DNA of 64,000 nucleotides from Eledone cirrhosa (Eukaryota). The translations under genes were made by a program, and so were the position numbers. Under the pieces are notes generated by a model. It made no database searches. It saw nothing but the letters and a program-made list of their open reading frames with translations, and had not been told where the DNA came from. Below are positions 52,371 to 64,000 of this stretch, piece after piece. How positions within the stretch are numbered: position 1 is the stretch's first letter; each line of letters begins with the position of its first letter. The stretch is taken from NCBI GenBank assembly GCA_964016885.1, contig OZ024742.1:180792001-180856000 (forward strand), read 5' to 3'.

Positions 52371-53575
52371 GTGTATATGTATGTATATGTATATGTGTAT
52401 GTATATGTATGTGTATGCGTATTAATTTTGATTTTTATTTGCATATAATTATATTATGCTATTGATGAAATACAATATCTGCTTTATGTATTGTATACCT
52501 AATTAACATATACTAATTAACGTATACTATTGAAATAAATATATAATTTTTAATTTAGTTAACATATAATTTATATGCTACTACCGATGTAATACTTTAT
52601 TTTATTTTTATTTGGATTTATTTTCCCTATTACTAAATTCATCTCCTAATATTGATACCATAACGTTATTAACTTTAATTTAGTTATAATGTAATTAATA
52701 ATCTACTACTGTTTGACTTCATAATTTTGCTTCAAATATTATAAACCTAACTAATTTACACCTTGGAAATCAATATGTCTACTATCTTTGGTTTAGTTAA
52801 CATATGATTAATGGTATACTTTTTTATTTTGGGATGCATAGATTTCGTATTTCCTAGCACTGAAAATATGTAAGAACATACATTGAATTAAGATACGGAA
52901 AATATTATATGTTTCTTGAAACATATATTTACTTTGATCCCCTTCTCCAAACCCCCCCTTTCCCCCATACTATTATCATCTGTTTTTGTAAGAGTATATG
53001 TATGAATATATGTGTAGGTGTGTGTCTATATAGGTTTTGGTATTTATTTCTAAATATAAAAATACATATATGAGCATGTAAATATGAATGTAAGATTGAG
53101 TGTGTATATATGATTGTACATACATATGTATGTATATATATGTATATATATGTATTATATATGTATGTGTATGTGAATGTGTGGTATGTATATGTGTATG
53201 TATATGTATATATGTGTATGTATGTGTATGCTTGTATATAGGAAAATATATATATGTGTATATATGTATATATTTGTATATGCGTGGTTGTATGTATGTG
53301 TATATGGGTTCTGTATATATTCGTATGTCTCTCTATTTATATGTTTATCTTCGTATCTATGTGATATATGTGTGTGTGTGTGCATATATGCATATCTATG
53401 TGTTTGTGTGTGTTTGTATGTGTGTGTGTGTATATATATATGTATTTGCGCACACTCACATACACATATATATATATATGTATATGTGAGTGTGTATGTG
53501 TGTCTGTGTGTGTGTGTGTGTGTGTATGTGTATATATATGTGTATATATGTGTATGTATGTATGTGTATATATGT

Positions 53576-53617
<42 letters not shown>

Positions 53618-53875
53618 ATATGCGTATCTATGTGTGAATATATGTCTTTATTCGTATGTGTATATTTATGTATGTATATGTTTAGGTGTATGTATGTATG
53701 TGTATATATGTGTGTGTATATATATATGTATATGTATATATGTATATGTGTGTATATATGTATATATATATATATATATTATTCTTTATTATTATTGTAA
53801 TATAACTTATGTGTATATGTGTATAAGTGAGGTTGTGTATGTATATATACTATGTGTATATATAAGAGTAATGAA

Positions 53876-53906
<31 letters not shown>

Positions 53907-54088
53907 CATGTCTGTTTTTTATGTGTGTGTGTATATATATATGTGTATGTGTATATATGTGTATATATATATATATATATGTGTACGTGTGTGTATGTGG
54001 ATATATATATATATATATATATATATACATGTGGGTGTTTGTATGTATATTTATGGTGGTATGAGTGTGGGGATATATATGTTTGTAT

Positions 54089-54120
<32 letters not shown>

Positions 54121-54141
54121 GAGTCTATGTGTGTGTGTATA

Positions 54142-54180
<39 letters not shown>

Positions 54181-54400
54181 ATGTGTGTATGTGTTGCGCG
54201 TGAGTGTGTGTGTATTTATATCTTTTTATATGTGTATGTGTATGTTCGTGTAAATGTATGTGTGTGTATGACAGTATAGGTATGTGTGTATGTATGTATG
54301 TGTTGATATCTCTATGTGCGCGTACATGTATGTATGTGTATGTATATCTGTATGTGTATGTACATTTATTATATTTTATTGTTTTTATTTTTATTTTTTT
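52250..54400. repeat. Compound (TA)/(TG)/(TATG) microsatellite region inside the PLE 3' UTR
   Basis: Lies between the ORF stop (51778) and the 3' pLTR (54493). Confidence 0.9.
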
Positions 54401-54943
54401 ATTTTTCTTAATTTATAGATACATTTATTTTAGGCTGTCTGGTCTGACAATCTAATACTGACCCTTCCCCCCCCTCCCACCTAATTTCTGTATCTTGATC
54501 TTGAAATGTGTGTACCAGTGTTTTTATGTGAGTGACTTAATTTCTATTTGCTTATGATTTTATATCCACATATATAAATGTGAGTGGGGGAGTGTGTGTG
54601 TTTGTATGTTCGTGGTTATGTGTATATTTATGCATATACGCACATGTATGTGTGATTATACTGATATGTGTGAGTATGAAAAAAATATATTTATATGCTT
54701 GACTCCATAAGTATCTTTGCGTATCTTATCAGCGCATTAAGCTTACAGAGATATTAACCTTGAAATTTTGTGTTTACATCCATCTTTTTAGTATACACAT
54801 ACAAATTATACACACATTATTGTAAAATATGTGTAAGGTTTTTGCATGTATATACACACACCAAACTGCTTTTAACCCTTTGTGTTTTCATTGGTCAATT
54901 TTGAACTGACATTTTGAATTGTTGTTATTATCAATAAATATAC

Positions 54944-55098
54944 TTCATTATTTCTGAAGACGGCGTATATATGAGTTAGGTATGTATATTTAATCTTGAT
55001 AATTTGTATAATTTTGTATAATTTTGTACATAGATCTGTTAAATATGCATACCAATTATAACACATATATGCCCTAGAAACGATCGTTAAATAGTGAA
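54944..55098 (+). ncRNA. Type I hammerhead ribozyme with greatly extended stem II (family A, in the PLE 3' pLTR)
   Basis: UUCAUUAUUU-CUGAAGA-[~115-nt hairpin]-GAA-ACGAUCGU-U-AAAUAGUGAA: 10-bp stem I, palindromic stem III, GUU triplet (cut after 55088). Confidence 0.8.
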
Positions 55099-55143
55099 CT
55101 TTTTTTGTTTAATATAAGGAATTGTTTGTTCATTATTTGTTTA

Positions 55144-55278
<135 letters not shown>

Positions 55279-56049
55279 ATATATATATATAAATATATCC
55301 CCTTTCACTAGCACTCCTTAATAGTTATTCTCACCTCAGATAACTTGCTAGACAAAATGTCAGGAGGACCTTTCTGTTGTGTCAAATATATGATAACCTT
55401 CCTAGTTCTGGTGATTTACACAATAAACACACCCAGTACATGCTGTAAAGTGGTTAGTGATATGAAGTGCATTCGGCCGTAGAAATCTTACATAAACAAA
55501 AGGTTGGGAGGATCCTCAGTTGTGTCAAAGGCATGACAACCTCTCCTGAGGACTTGATGGAATGTGAGACTACACATAAGCGAGACACAGGTCCCTGGCC
55601 TGTCTGGGAGATCAGGGACTCTGCTTCAGTACTGACTTGGTGTGTATGGACTGTCCAACCCTTGCCAGTAGGAAAAGCTGACATTACAATGATGATGATG
55701 ATGGTAACAAGGGTAATTGGTGGGAAATTATGCCAAGAATTACCAATATCAATGTGGTTCAACAATAAACAAAGAGAACAAACCTATCCAATTGAAGTGT
55801 ATTATATTTGGAGTCAAGAATAAAAACATTTTGGTAAACAAATCCAGAAAACAATTTATTTAAACAATAAATTTATTTAAACAATAAATCCTAGAATACT
55901 GAAGGAATTCAAGCCATTTTTCTTACATGTGTTTCAACAAAGGAAATGCAAACAAATATGATAAATGGAAGTTTTTGGTTAAGCTGCATTATATTATATA
56001 GGAGTAAATCTATATATTAAGATACAAGCATAAAACTGAATATTCCACT

Positions 56050-56477
56050 TTAGCAGAGTTATCATAATTGTTTCTACTTTTTGGCACAAGGCCAGCAGTT
56101 ACCCAGTGTATTACTGGTACTTTATTTTATCGACCCCGTAAGGATGAAAGGCAAAGTTAACCTCGGCGGGATTCGAACTCAGAATGGCAAGGGCCGTAAC
56201 TCTATGCGTCAAAGCATAGTGTCCGACCCTCTACCAATACTGCCAATCCACTGCTTAGCAGAGTTATCATAATTGTTTCTACTTTTGGCACAAGGCCAGC
56301 AATTACCCAGTGCATTACTGGTACTTTATTTTATCGACCCCGTAAGGATGAAAGGCAAAGTTAACCTCGGCAGGATTCGAACTCAGAATGGCAAGGGCCG
56401 TAACTCTATGCGTCAAAGCATAGTGTCCGACCCTCTACCAATACTGCCAATCCACTGCTTAGCAGAGTTATCATAAT
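56050..56477 (-). mobile_element. Tandem pair of family-A SINEs, ~204-bp period
   Basis: ttagcagagttatcataat occurs at 56050, 56255 and 56459, bracketing two near-identical SINEs. Confidence 0.92.
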
Positions 56478-57796
56478 GCTATCTGATTCTTGAATGTTAT
56501 TCTCAAAGAGACTTATCTCTCTTACAATGATATGTATGTTTTTAATATCTCTGAGTACACAAATTAGATATAAAGTTATGTTAAGAGATGTTAGTGAGAG
56601 GAGAGTAAGTATTGGGTTATGGAAGTGGCTCTGGTGAGATCATATCAAAGAAACAATGTTTCCATTGTCTTTTGTTGTTTTGTAATTGCTGATACTATCT
56701 GCTTATCACATCTCCTGGTAGAGATGTCACTGCTTTTCTATTAGCAGGTAACAGGATTTGAACTCAAAATATACAGATTTGGAACAGATATTGCAAAGTA
56801 TCTCATCTACCTACTTAATAATTCCACCAATATACTACCCTGGCAGGATGCTTTATTTGTTGAGCAGAAAAAGATGAAAGGCAAAGTTGGCATATTTGCA
56901 TGCAGTTGGATTTGATTATTTACATACCAGATAATTAAATAATTCAGTTAACTGCATAATTTCTAGAAACACTGAATCATTTAGCATCAAATCATTCTAA
57001 AAGTGCATGAAAATAGAATCAATCCTTGCTAATTATATGAGTTTCTGTCATACACACATGCATACAGACAAGTAGATATGCAAAATATATCATTGCCATC
57101 ATCACTTTTATGTCTGCTTTCCATGCTGGCATGGGTTGGAGGGAGCTAAACCAGTTAAGTGACCATATTTTGTTCTTATATTCAACATTTGACATGGTTT
57201 CTACAGCTGGATGCCATTCCTAACTCTAACCACATTTCAGGGTATAGTGGGTGTGTTTTTTTTGTTTTTGTTTTTTGTTGTTGTTTTTACAGCACCAGCA
57301 TACCAGTTTATAGAGTGGATTAGGTGTGTTTTATATGGTACCAACACTATCACATTACACGGCAGATTAGATATATTTTATCATGGTATGAGCACTAGAG
57401 AGGTTCTAACATGATCATCCAGGCTAAAGAGTCCTCACAAATCCTATATTGTGTCCATGCAATTGCCAAACACTGTAGCTTCTGGTCTCCCACCACATAT
57501 TACAATGGTTGTATATATATATGATATGCATATGTAAATCTAAAAAGGTTTCTCAATACCAGTTGCTAAGACAAGCTTTAACTGGACCAGTTCTTTTAGA
57601 AAAAACATGGCTAGCAAGGTAACTAAACAGAAAAGTAAATGGTAAATGTTTCAAGTGTCTGGATGTCCTGAAGAACTGTAAAGCCTAACATTGAATAGTC
57701 AGAAGAAGCTTCACAGTGAGAAGAAATACGCTGAACTAAATACATTTGTAGGTTATCATAGGTGTTTGGATTCTGTTCTACACATGTCCCTGTCAG

Positions 57797-57923
57797 CAGT
57801 GCCGGATTTACCATTGTGCGTAGGTATGCTGAAGCACAAGGCCCCATTGGGGGTTTTGAAAATATTTGGGGCCTCATAACTTAACTAACACAGGGCCTCA
57901 CATTTGTCTTAAATCCAGCACTG
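57797..57923. mobile_element. hAT-type MITE
   Basis: TIR cagtgccggattta / taaatccagcactg; 8-bp flanks cctgtcag and cccatcag are both derivable from cccgtcag by CpG decay. Confidence 0.75.
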
Positions 57924-60900
57924 CCCATCAGGAATGGTGTTGGTGAACCTCTTCTGTTCTGAGCACTTGTATTGCAGTAGTAGTGACTAAAAGGTTTCAT
58001 ATGAAAAATCTAGTCTATTTTTTTCAAACTGATCATATTTAGAACAATATTAACTACTGTGTTCTTTCTCTTGTAAAGCTATTCTTTATTATTTCTAAAA
58101 TATCAAGGACCATCAGTTATTTTTTAGCCCCACCCCAATCTTGATCATGCAGGATAATTATTAAAAGATTCTAGCAAAGACTGTCCTATCTTTGTAACCC
58201 TTTTGATATCTATTCACCTGAAACCACCCCTGTTTCTGTGATACCATGCCCTTTATTTTAAAGTGTTTCTATTTATCTAAAATCCTTCCATCATAGTTTT
58301 ATGTTAGAACCTTTGTTAAGTTATGCTCCAAACACCAGCTTAGTAATGAGAAAGTTAGTTAAATTACTGAATCCGTCTAGAGTCTTGGTTATTTTCAATA
58401 TTATTTGGAAAGCATAGGCAGTATCTTCCATTATAAATATGATAATGAAGCCGTTAAAACATAGATTATCTTAAAATACATGATCCAATATATCCTTTAT
58501 TTAAATATGGTTGAACATGATTTGAGGGTTATTTTGTTGCTATGTCTAACTAGTGAAAGGGTCATGTAGAGGCTCTCTTGTTGATGAATTCTGTTTCTCA
58601 TTGTTTGTTGTGGAGACACTGATAGTCTGGGCAGCATTAGTTGAATTTTTGATGGATCTGATATATTCCTTATATCATAAGCCTATCGTTTCTTTGTGTT
58701 GGCCAAATATGCTACCACTAAGAATTACTGCATTATTTGAATTTTTTATACAATGTATTGAGAAGAAAATTGACAGAGTCATTAGAAAGTGAAATAGAAT
58801 GTTTTTGTAGTATTCCCTTCTGCTCTGTGTTCACAGAGTTCAAATTTTGCCACGGTCAACTTCACTTTTCATCCTTTTGTGAGGTGATAAAGTACCAGTC
58901 TAGTACTGGGCTGATTCTCCTTTGTTTCTTTCTCAGTTTTACTCTTTTCTCTCACTCACTCTCTCTGTAAGAAATCAACTGTGTTTAGAGCTGGAGAGAG
59001 ATGGGCTCTGACAATTTGTTTTGTATAAAGTTAACTTAAAGTTAACAGGTTCAATGTACGTTTTTTTACTATGAAAAATAGTCTAAGTTGGGCACATAAG
59101 CCCTTGGAGAAAAAGAAAAAATGGACAACGTCACTCAGTTCAAAATTCCATAACATGCCAGGAGTTCAGAGCCTATGGATGTGATGTATCCTAAATGTTT
59201 GTTTTATAGATTTGTTTAATCAATTCACTAAACGTGCCCTGCATAAACGATTCATATATTGTTTATAGAATCAATATCACATTGGTATATTATAGTGTCT
59301 GTTTATATGAAAGCTTCATTGATACTACATAAAACCTGTAGTATTAGCAAAGCTTCAAAGTAAATAGTTACTACTATGAATAATAAATGCTATGTATACT
59401 ATAAATGTTGTTGAAGTATTGTTGATCATTCATAATAGATTCATCTTCACTATGTGTGTCACACTTTTTATAATTGTTGTTGTTCTAGTTATTCAGCTCC
59501 AGCTGAGCTCTGACTGGGCAGGCCTTTGATGAAAAGTGTTTCAACCATGACTATCCTACCATTTTATACAGACAGAGTATATCTTGAAATACATTATCCA
59601 ATGCAATTCTCTTTGTTTTTAAAAATGGTAGGGCATTATTTTGAGGTAACTTGACTGTTATTTCAAGCAGATCAAGCTAGAAATAACAGCCAATGCAATG
59701 ATTTTTATCTTCTTTGGTTCTGTGTTAATCAGGAAGTTTGGTAGATGTTATATGTAGACTATGTGGTGTCTATACGATTATTAGAGGATTATAGCATTTC
59801 CGTTAATCTATGAAGACATAATGGTAAGAAGGAGGTTGAATATTTTGCTTGGAGGTAATATTAACGTAGATTTAGATATCAGCAGAGGTTCATTTATCAA
59901 ACTTCTTCACTTTATTCACATTCATGAAACCATTATAATGTATTTAGATTTCTGTAGGAACTTCTGTATACAAGGGCGGTGCCCCAGCATGGCCTCAGCC
60001 GGATGGCTGAAACAGGTAAAAGAGTAAAAGAGTATATATATATATTTAGACACACACAGGCTGACTTTTATTGAAGTATTGATTAAGAGGTTATAAAAGA
60101 TGTTTAACATTTTGAATAACATGCAACTTTTAAAAGGGCTTGATTGATATGATAAGAAACATTAAGATATTGATACCAACTTCCTAAATGTAGGCTAAAC
60201 CTCTTAAATCTGGTAATCTTGGGACCAGACCATTTTGCAACCAAGGAAAATGCTGGAAAACAGATACAGCACCAAGAGGAACCCCTATGTAAACATAGTT
60301 TTCCTATTTCATTTTATAAACATTATTCATAATTTAACATCCATTTTCCTGTCTAGCAAAGTCTGGACAGATATAAATTGATGTCTTAGCAATGCTAAAA
60401 CAAACTTAAAACAGGAAATAATACAACTAATAATGCTAACATTTATTAGCACTAACAACATCCTTTGCACCTCATAGTTTCTTGGATGACATTTTGAAGA
60501 GCTAAAATGCAACTAAATATAATAAATGAGCAGGACTGTTATCTCCAAAACACTTGGATGTGGGAAATAAAATCTGGTAGCTTATCAGCAAATAACTCTG
60601 CCCTGGTGACAGATCAACAAATTAATGGTGGTAAATTATAAACATGCTAGTTCATGGGAATTATTGGATAATCAAATGCTGGATTTTAGAGATCTAACCT
60701 GGGATAATGAAAATCCACCTTATTCAGGGAATCAGCTGTGCTGTTGGTAGAAACAGTAGCTTACAATGCAGTATTTCATTTCTTTATGTTTGCATCTAGG
60801 ACAAAGCAACCTCTCTTGTGATGGTACCACAATCAAATACACCCAGTACACTCTGTAAACTAGTTTATGTTTAAATGGGCATAAAGCTGAAAAAACAACA

Positions 60901-61360
60901 GGTTGAAATGAAATGTATCTGAGTGAGGTGCTGTCCCCTGATCAATTGAGGGACACAGTAGCTCCTCACTGACTTGGTCTGTAAACAGCTGTTCAATCAA
61001 TGCCAGCAAGGAAAAGCAGATGTAAAAGGGCGATGCTACTGCTGACAATGACACTGAGTTTTTATATGACCATGTTATCAGGTCTGATTTTAGTTTTTAT
61101 TTCATTGTGGTAAAGAAAACCTTTTCCAACTTGGCTCTTTTAAAACCCACTGAGGTCAATTTTGCTTTTCAACCTTTTGAGGTAGATAAATAAAGTTATT
61201 GTATAGTACTAGGGTAACTTGTTTCCCTGTCACCTTCTCTGAAAGAAATCAGTTGCATTTCAACCTAGAGATGGATGTGCTCCACAAGGTTTAAGATGTA
61301 CAAGACATTTTGTGTGTCATGACGGAGCACCTACAACTCCATCAGGAATTAAGGACCCTT

Positions 61361-61868
61361 TAACCATTGGACCCATCCACCATCTGAGTGAGTTTCTTGG
61401 TCTGTGTCCAAGTCTCAGACCCATACAGTAGCACAGACTCCACTACAGCAATGAAGAGGCGGATTTTCAGGTCTCTACGAAGGTCCGACTTCCACACTGT
61501 GGGTGCTACACGAGAATGCTGAGGATGGCTCTGAACATTAATCAGTATACACTGAGGATGAAAAGCTCAGAGCTGTATGGGAGCATCCCAAAAGTCAACT
61601 CAAAAGTGACACAGAGGAGACTGAGGTTAGCTGGACATGCTCACCGACATTCAGAGTTGACATTGCACTCAGTGCTCCTTTGGGAGCCCCTACATGGACA
61701 CACTAGAAGAGGAAGACCAAGGTTAACGTATGTTGATGCCCTAAGGACAGACACTGGTCTGTTGGAGATGCAGGACATGGCAGCGATAATGAGGGACAGA
61801 GACCGCTGGAGAGAACTCGTCCATGGATCTCGGGAATTTTACCTGCCTTAGAATAGAATAACCATTGG
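61361..61868 (+). mobile_element. 5'-truncated RTE-type LINE with 5' inversion (61371-61497 inverted) and 10-bp TSD
   Basis: ORF 61516-61851 RLRLAGH...RGRPRLTY; tail tagaatagaa; TSD taaccattgg at 61361 and 61859; same family as 28098-28746. Confidence 0.92.
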
Positions 61869-62957
61869 GATTATCTGTCCAGCCTGACTCACAGGTCTAG
61901 GTAATCCAAAGTTTGCTCAAAGTGCTGAATAGTATGATCAAACCTTCAGCTTCATGAAGTATAATGAACAGCACAAACAGTGAAATACTGAAGGTTATAA
62001 ATCAGTACATATAATCAAGGTGCTCACATGGAATACCTTTGATCGAAGATTTGCTGGATCAACACCAACTACAACCTCTCAGTAACAACAATAATAACAG
62101 CAAGGACAATGTAACAACGGTGACAAAAGCAACAACTACAATTTCTCAACACCTTTTTAATAATGATTTCTACTATAGGCACAAGGCCAGCAATTTTTAA
62201 AGAGGCAAGAGTCGATTAAATCGACCCCAGTGCATTACTGGTACTCTATTTTATCGACCCCATAAGGATGAAAGGCAAGTCTAACTTCGGCAGGATTTGA
62301 ACCCAGAACGTAAAGGGCCATAACTCTGTGTCAATCCATCACCACAACTTTATAATAATAAGAACAATTTAATAATTATTTCTAATGTAGGCACAAGGAA
62401 AGTAATTTTGGAGAGAATGGTACATTGATTACATTGAACCAAGTAATTGACTGGCATCTTATTTTATCAACCATGGAAAGATTAAAAGCAAAGTTGACCT
62501 TGGTGAGATTTGTACTAACATAAATACTGCAAAGCATTTGTCTCATGTTCTAATGATTTTTGCCAATCTAACCCCCCTCCCCTGCTACTTAATAACAGCA
62601 AGAACAACAAGAACAACAATAAAAACAACAGCAAAAGTGTTAACATTTCAACAACACAGTAATTTCATCAGTTTCTCTACAATTTCTCAACAACAACAAT
62701 TATAGAGGTAACAACAACAACAACAACAACTGCTGCAACAGTCGGGCAATGTTCTGATTTCCAATGAGTGCCAGATAAAAAGGACTAAACATTTATGAAA
62801 GAAATAGGCTAATCGATCTATTATGGAAATATGATATTTTTTTGGTCTTGAGACAAATATTAACTGCCTCATAAAACATCATCATCATCATCATCATCAT
62901 CATTTAACATCCATGTTCCATGCTTACATAGGTTAAACAAGTTATCACATTATGAGA

Positions 62958-63022
62958 CATTTCAGGTCAGGTGACCATGTTTTGCTCATATAGTGCAAAA
63001 CATGGTCACCTGACCTGAAATG
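62958..63022. repeat. Perfect 28-bp hairpin with 9-nt loop
   Basis: catttcaggtcaggtgaccatgttttgc-tcatatagt-gcaaaacatggtcacctgacctgaaatg. Confidence 0.95.
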
Positions 63023-63136
63023 CAATGTCTTATGATATTTATTCCAGCTTTCTTTCTGTGATCTGTTTTCAAATCCTGCTGTAGCTTACTTGGATGGTAG
63101 ACTTAATCTGTTGCTTAGTTAACACCACCACTTGAT

Positions 63137-63357
63137 TCTTGGATACTTTTAGTAGAGTCTACTGCATTGCAGATCTTGGGTGCTTTTAGTAGAGTCCACT
63201 ATGTTGCAGTTCTTAGGTAATTTTAGCTGAATCCACTATGTAGCAGTTCTTGGATACTTTTAGTAGAGTCCATTGTGTTGCAGTCCTTGAGTACTTTTAG
63301 CAGAGTTTACTATGTTGCAGTTCTTGGGTACTTTCAGCAGAGTCCACTATATTGCAT
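63137..63357. repeat. 37-bp minisatellite, ~6 diverged copies
   Basis: tcttgg.tacttttag.agagtccactatgttgcagt units. Confidence 0.9.
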
Positions 63358-64000
63358 GCATCTGAGAATTGTACCTGATTTGCAGATATCCTTCTTCCTT
63401 CCTCTGACCAGTCTCAGACACCCTGAAAATGGTCATAAGCACTGCCCTTTCCTCTCTTACTAAACAGTGAAAGAAAAATTGTTGGCAATAATACCAATCT
63501 AATTCTCTATGAAGGTGGGTTGACTATGAAGTAGCGATGCTAGAGCTGTGAAATCTTATATGCATTGATTTCAACTATTCTCATTAATTAATGCATTGTT
63601 TCTTTCCAGGGACTATGTTGAAAAGTAAACTTCATTTGGTCATTCTATGAGAGTATTTTGGTCAGCCTATGAACTTTTCAGTTGACACCCATACTTTGTA
63701 TTTAATCAAGTGTTTTAATGCTATTTTCCTTATTAAAGCAGGGTTAACATTATGGGCCTTATAACAAGCTTCATAGTCATCATAGAGTCTTTGGGGGGCA
63801 TTGTTTTATGGTGGATACCCTTCCAGGCCCTAACCCATTTAGTTACTGTGTAAGACATGCAGGAATGTTGAGTACATATTCTAACCCAGATACACACAGC
63901 ATTTAGGCCAAGTCTCTTCTTCCATCTTATCAATGTTATAGGCCTTGAGTTGAGGGTACTGACCTTCCCAAACTGATTACAACACTAACAAAAACTGTTC

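Noticed and set aside
60330-60720. Possible pogo/Tigger relic on the minus strand
   Set aside because: Only faint motif resemblance; too degenerate to support.
63137-63357. 37-bp repeats as a CRISPR array
   Set aside because: Contiguous diverged units without spacers; a minisatellite.

Overview
AT-rich, microsatellite-saturated eukaryotic DNA with no confidently identifiable host protein-coding exon. The tRNA-headed and Nin-domain-like SINEs, RTE LINEs and (TA)n/(TCTA)n load suggest a coleoid cephalopod such as Octopus (inference). The window is a mosaic of retroelements: two Penelope-like elements (PLEs; one decayed at 1-3.3 kb, one young Naiad-type with an uninterrupted RT/GIY-YIG frame at 49.9-51.8 kb), several RTE LINEs (three with 5' inversions), a HERO-like 3' tail, SINEs, and mariner/pogo/piggyBac/hAT/Helitron relics. 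The most striking signal is a recurring module: fold-back (inverted-repeat) insertions in (TA)n microsatellites that carry type I hammerhead ribozyme folds from at least four unrelated sequence families, one with a ~115-nt extended stem II. These look like autonomous and non-autonomous PLE pseudo-LTR products. Most listed ORFs (YI/CV-rich) are microsatellite artefacts. All alignments and folds were done by eye and coordinates are approximate to a few bases.
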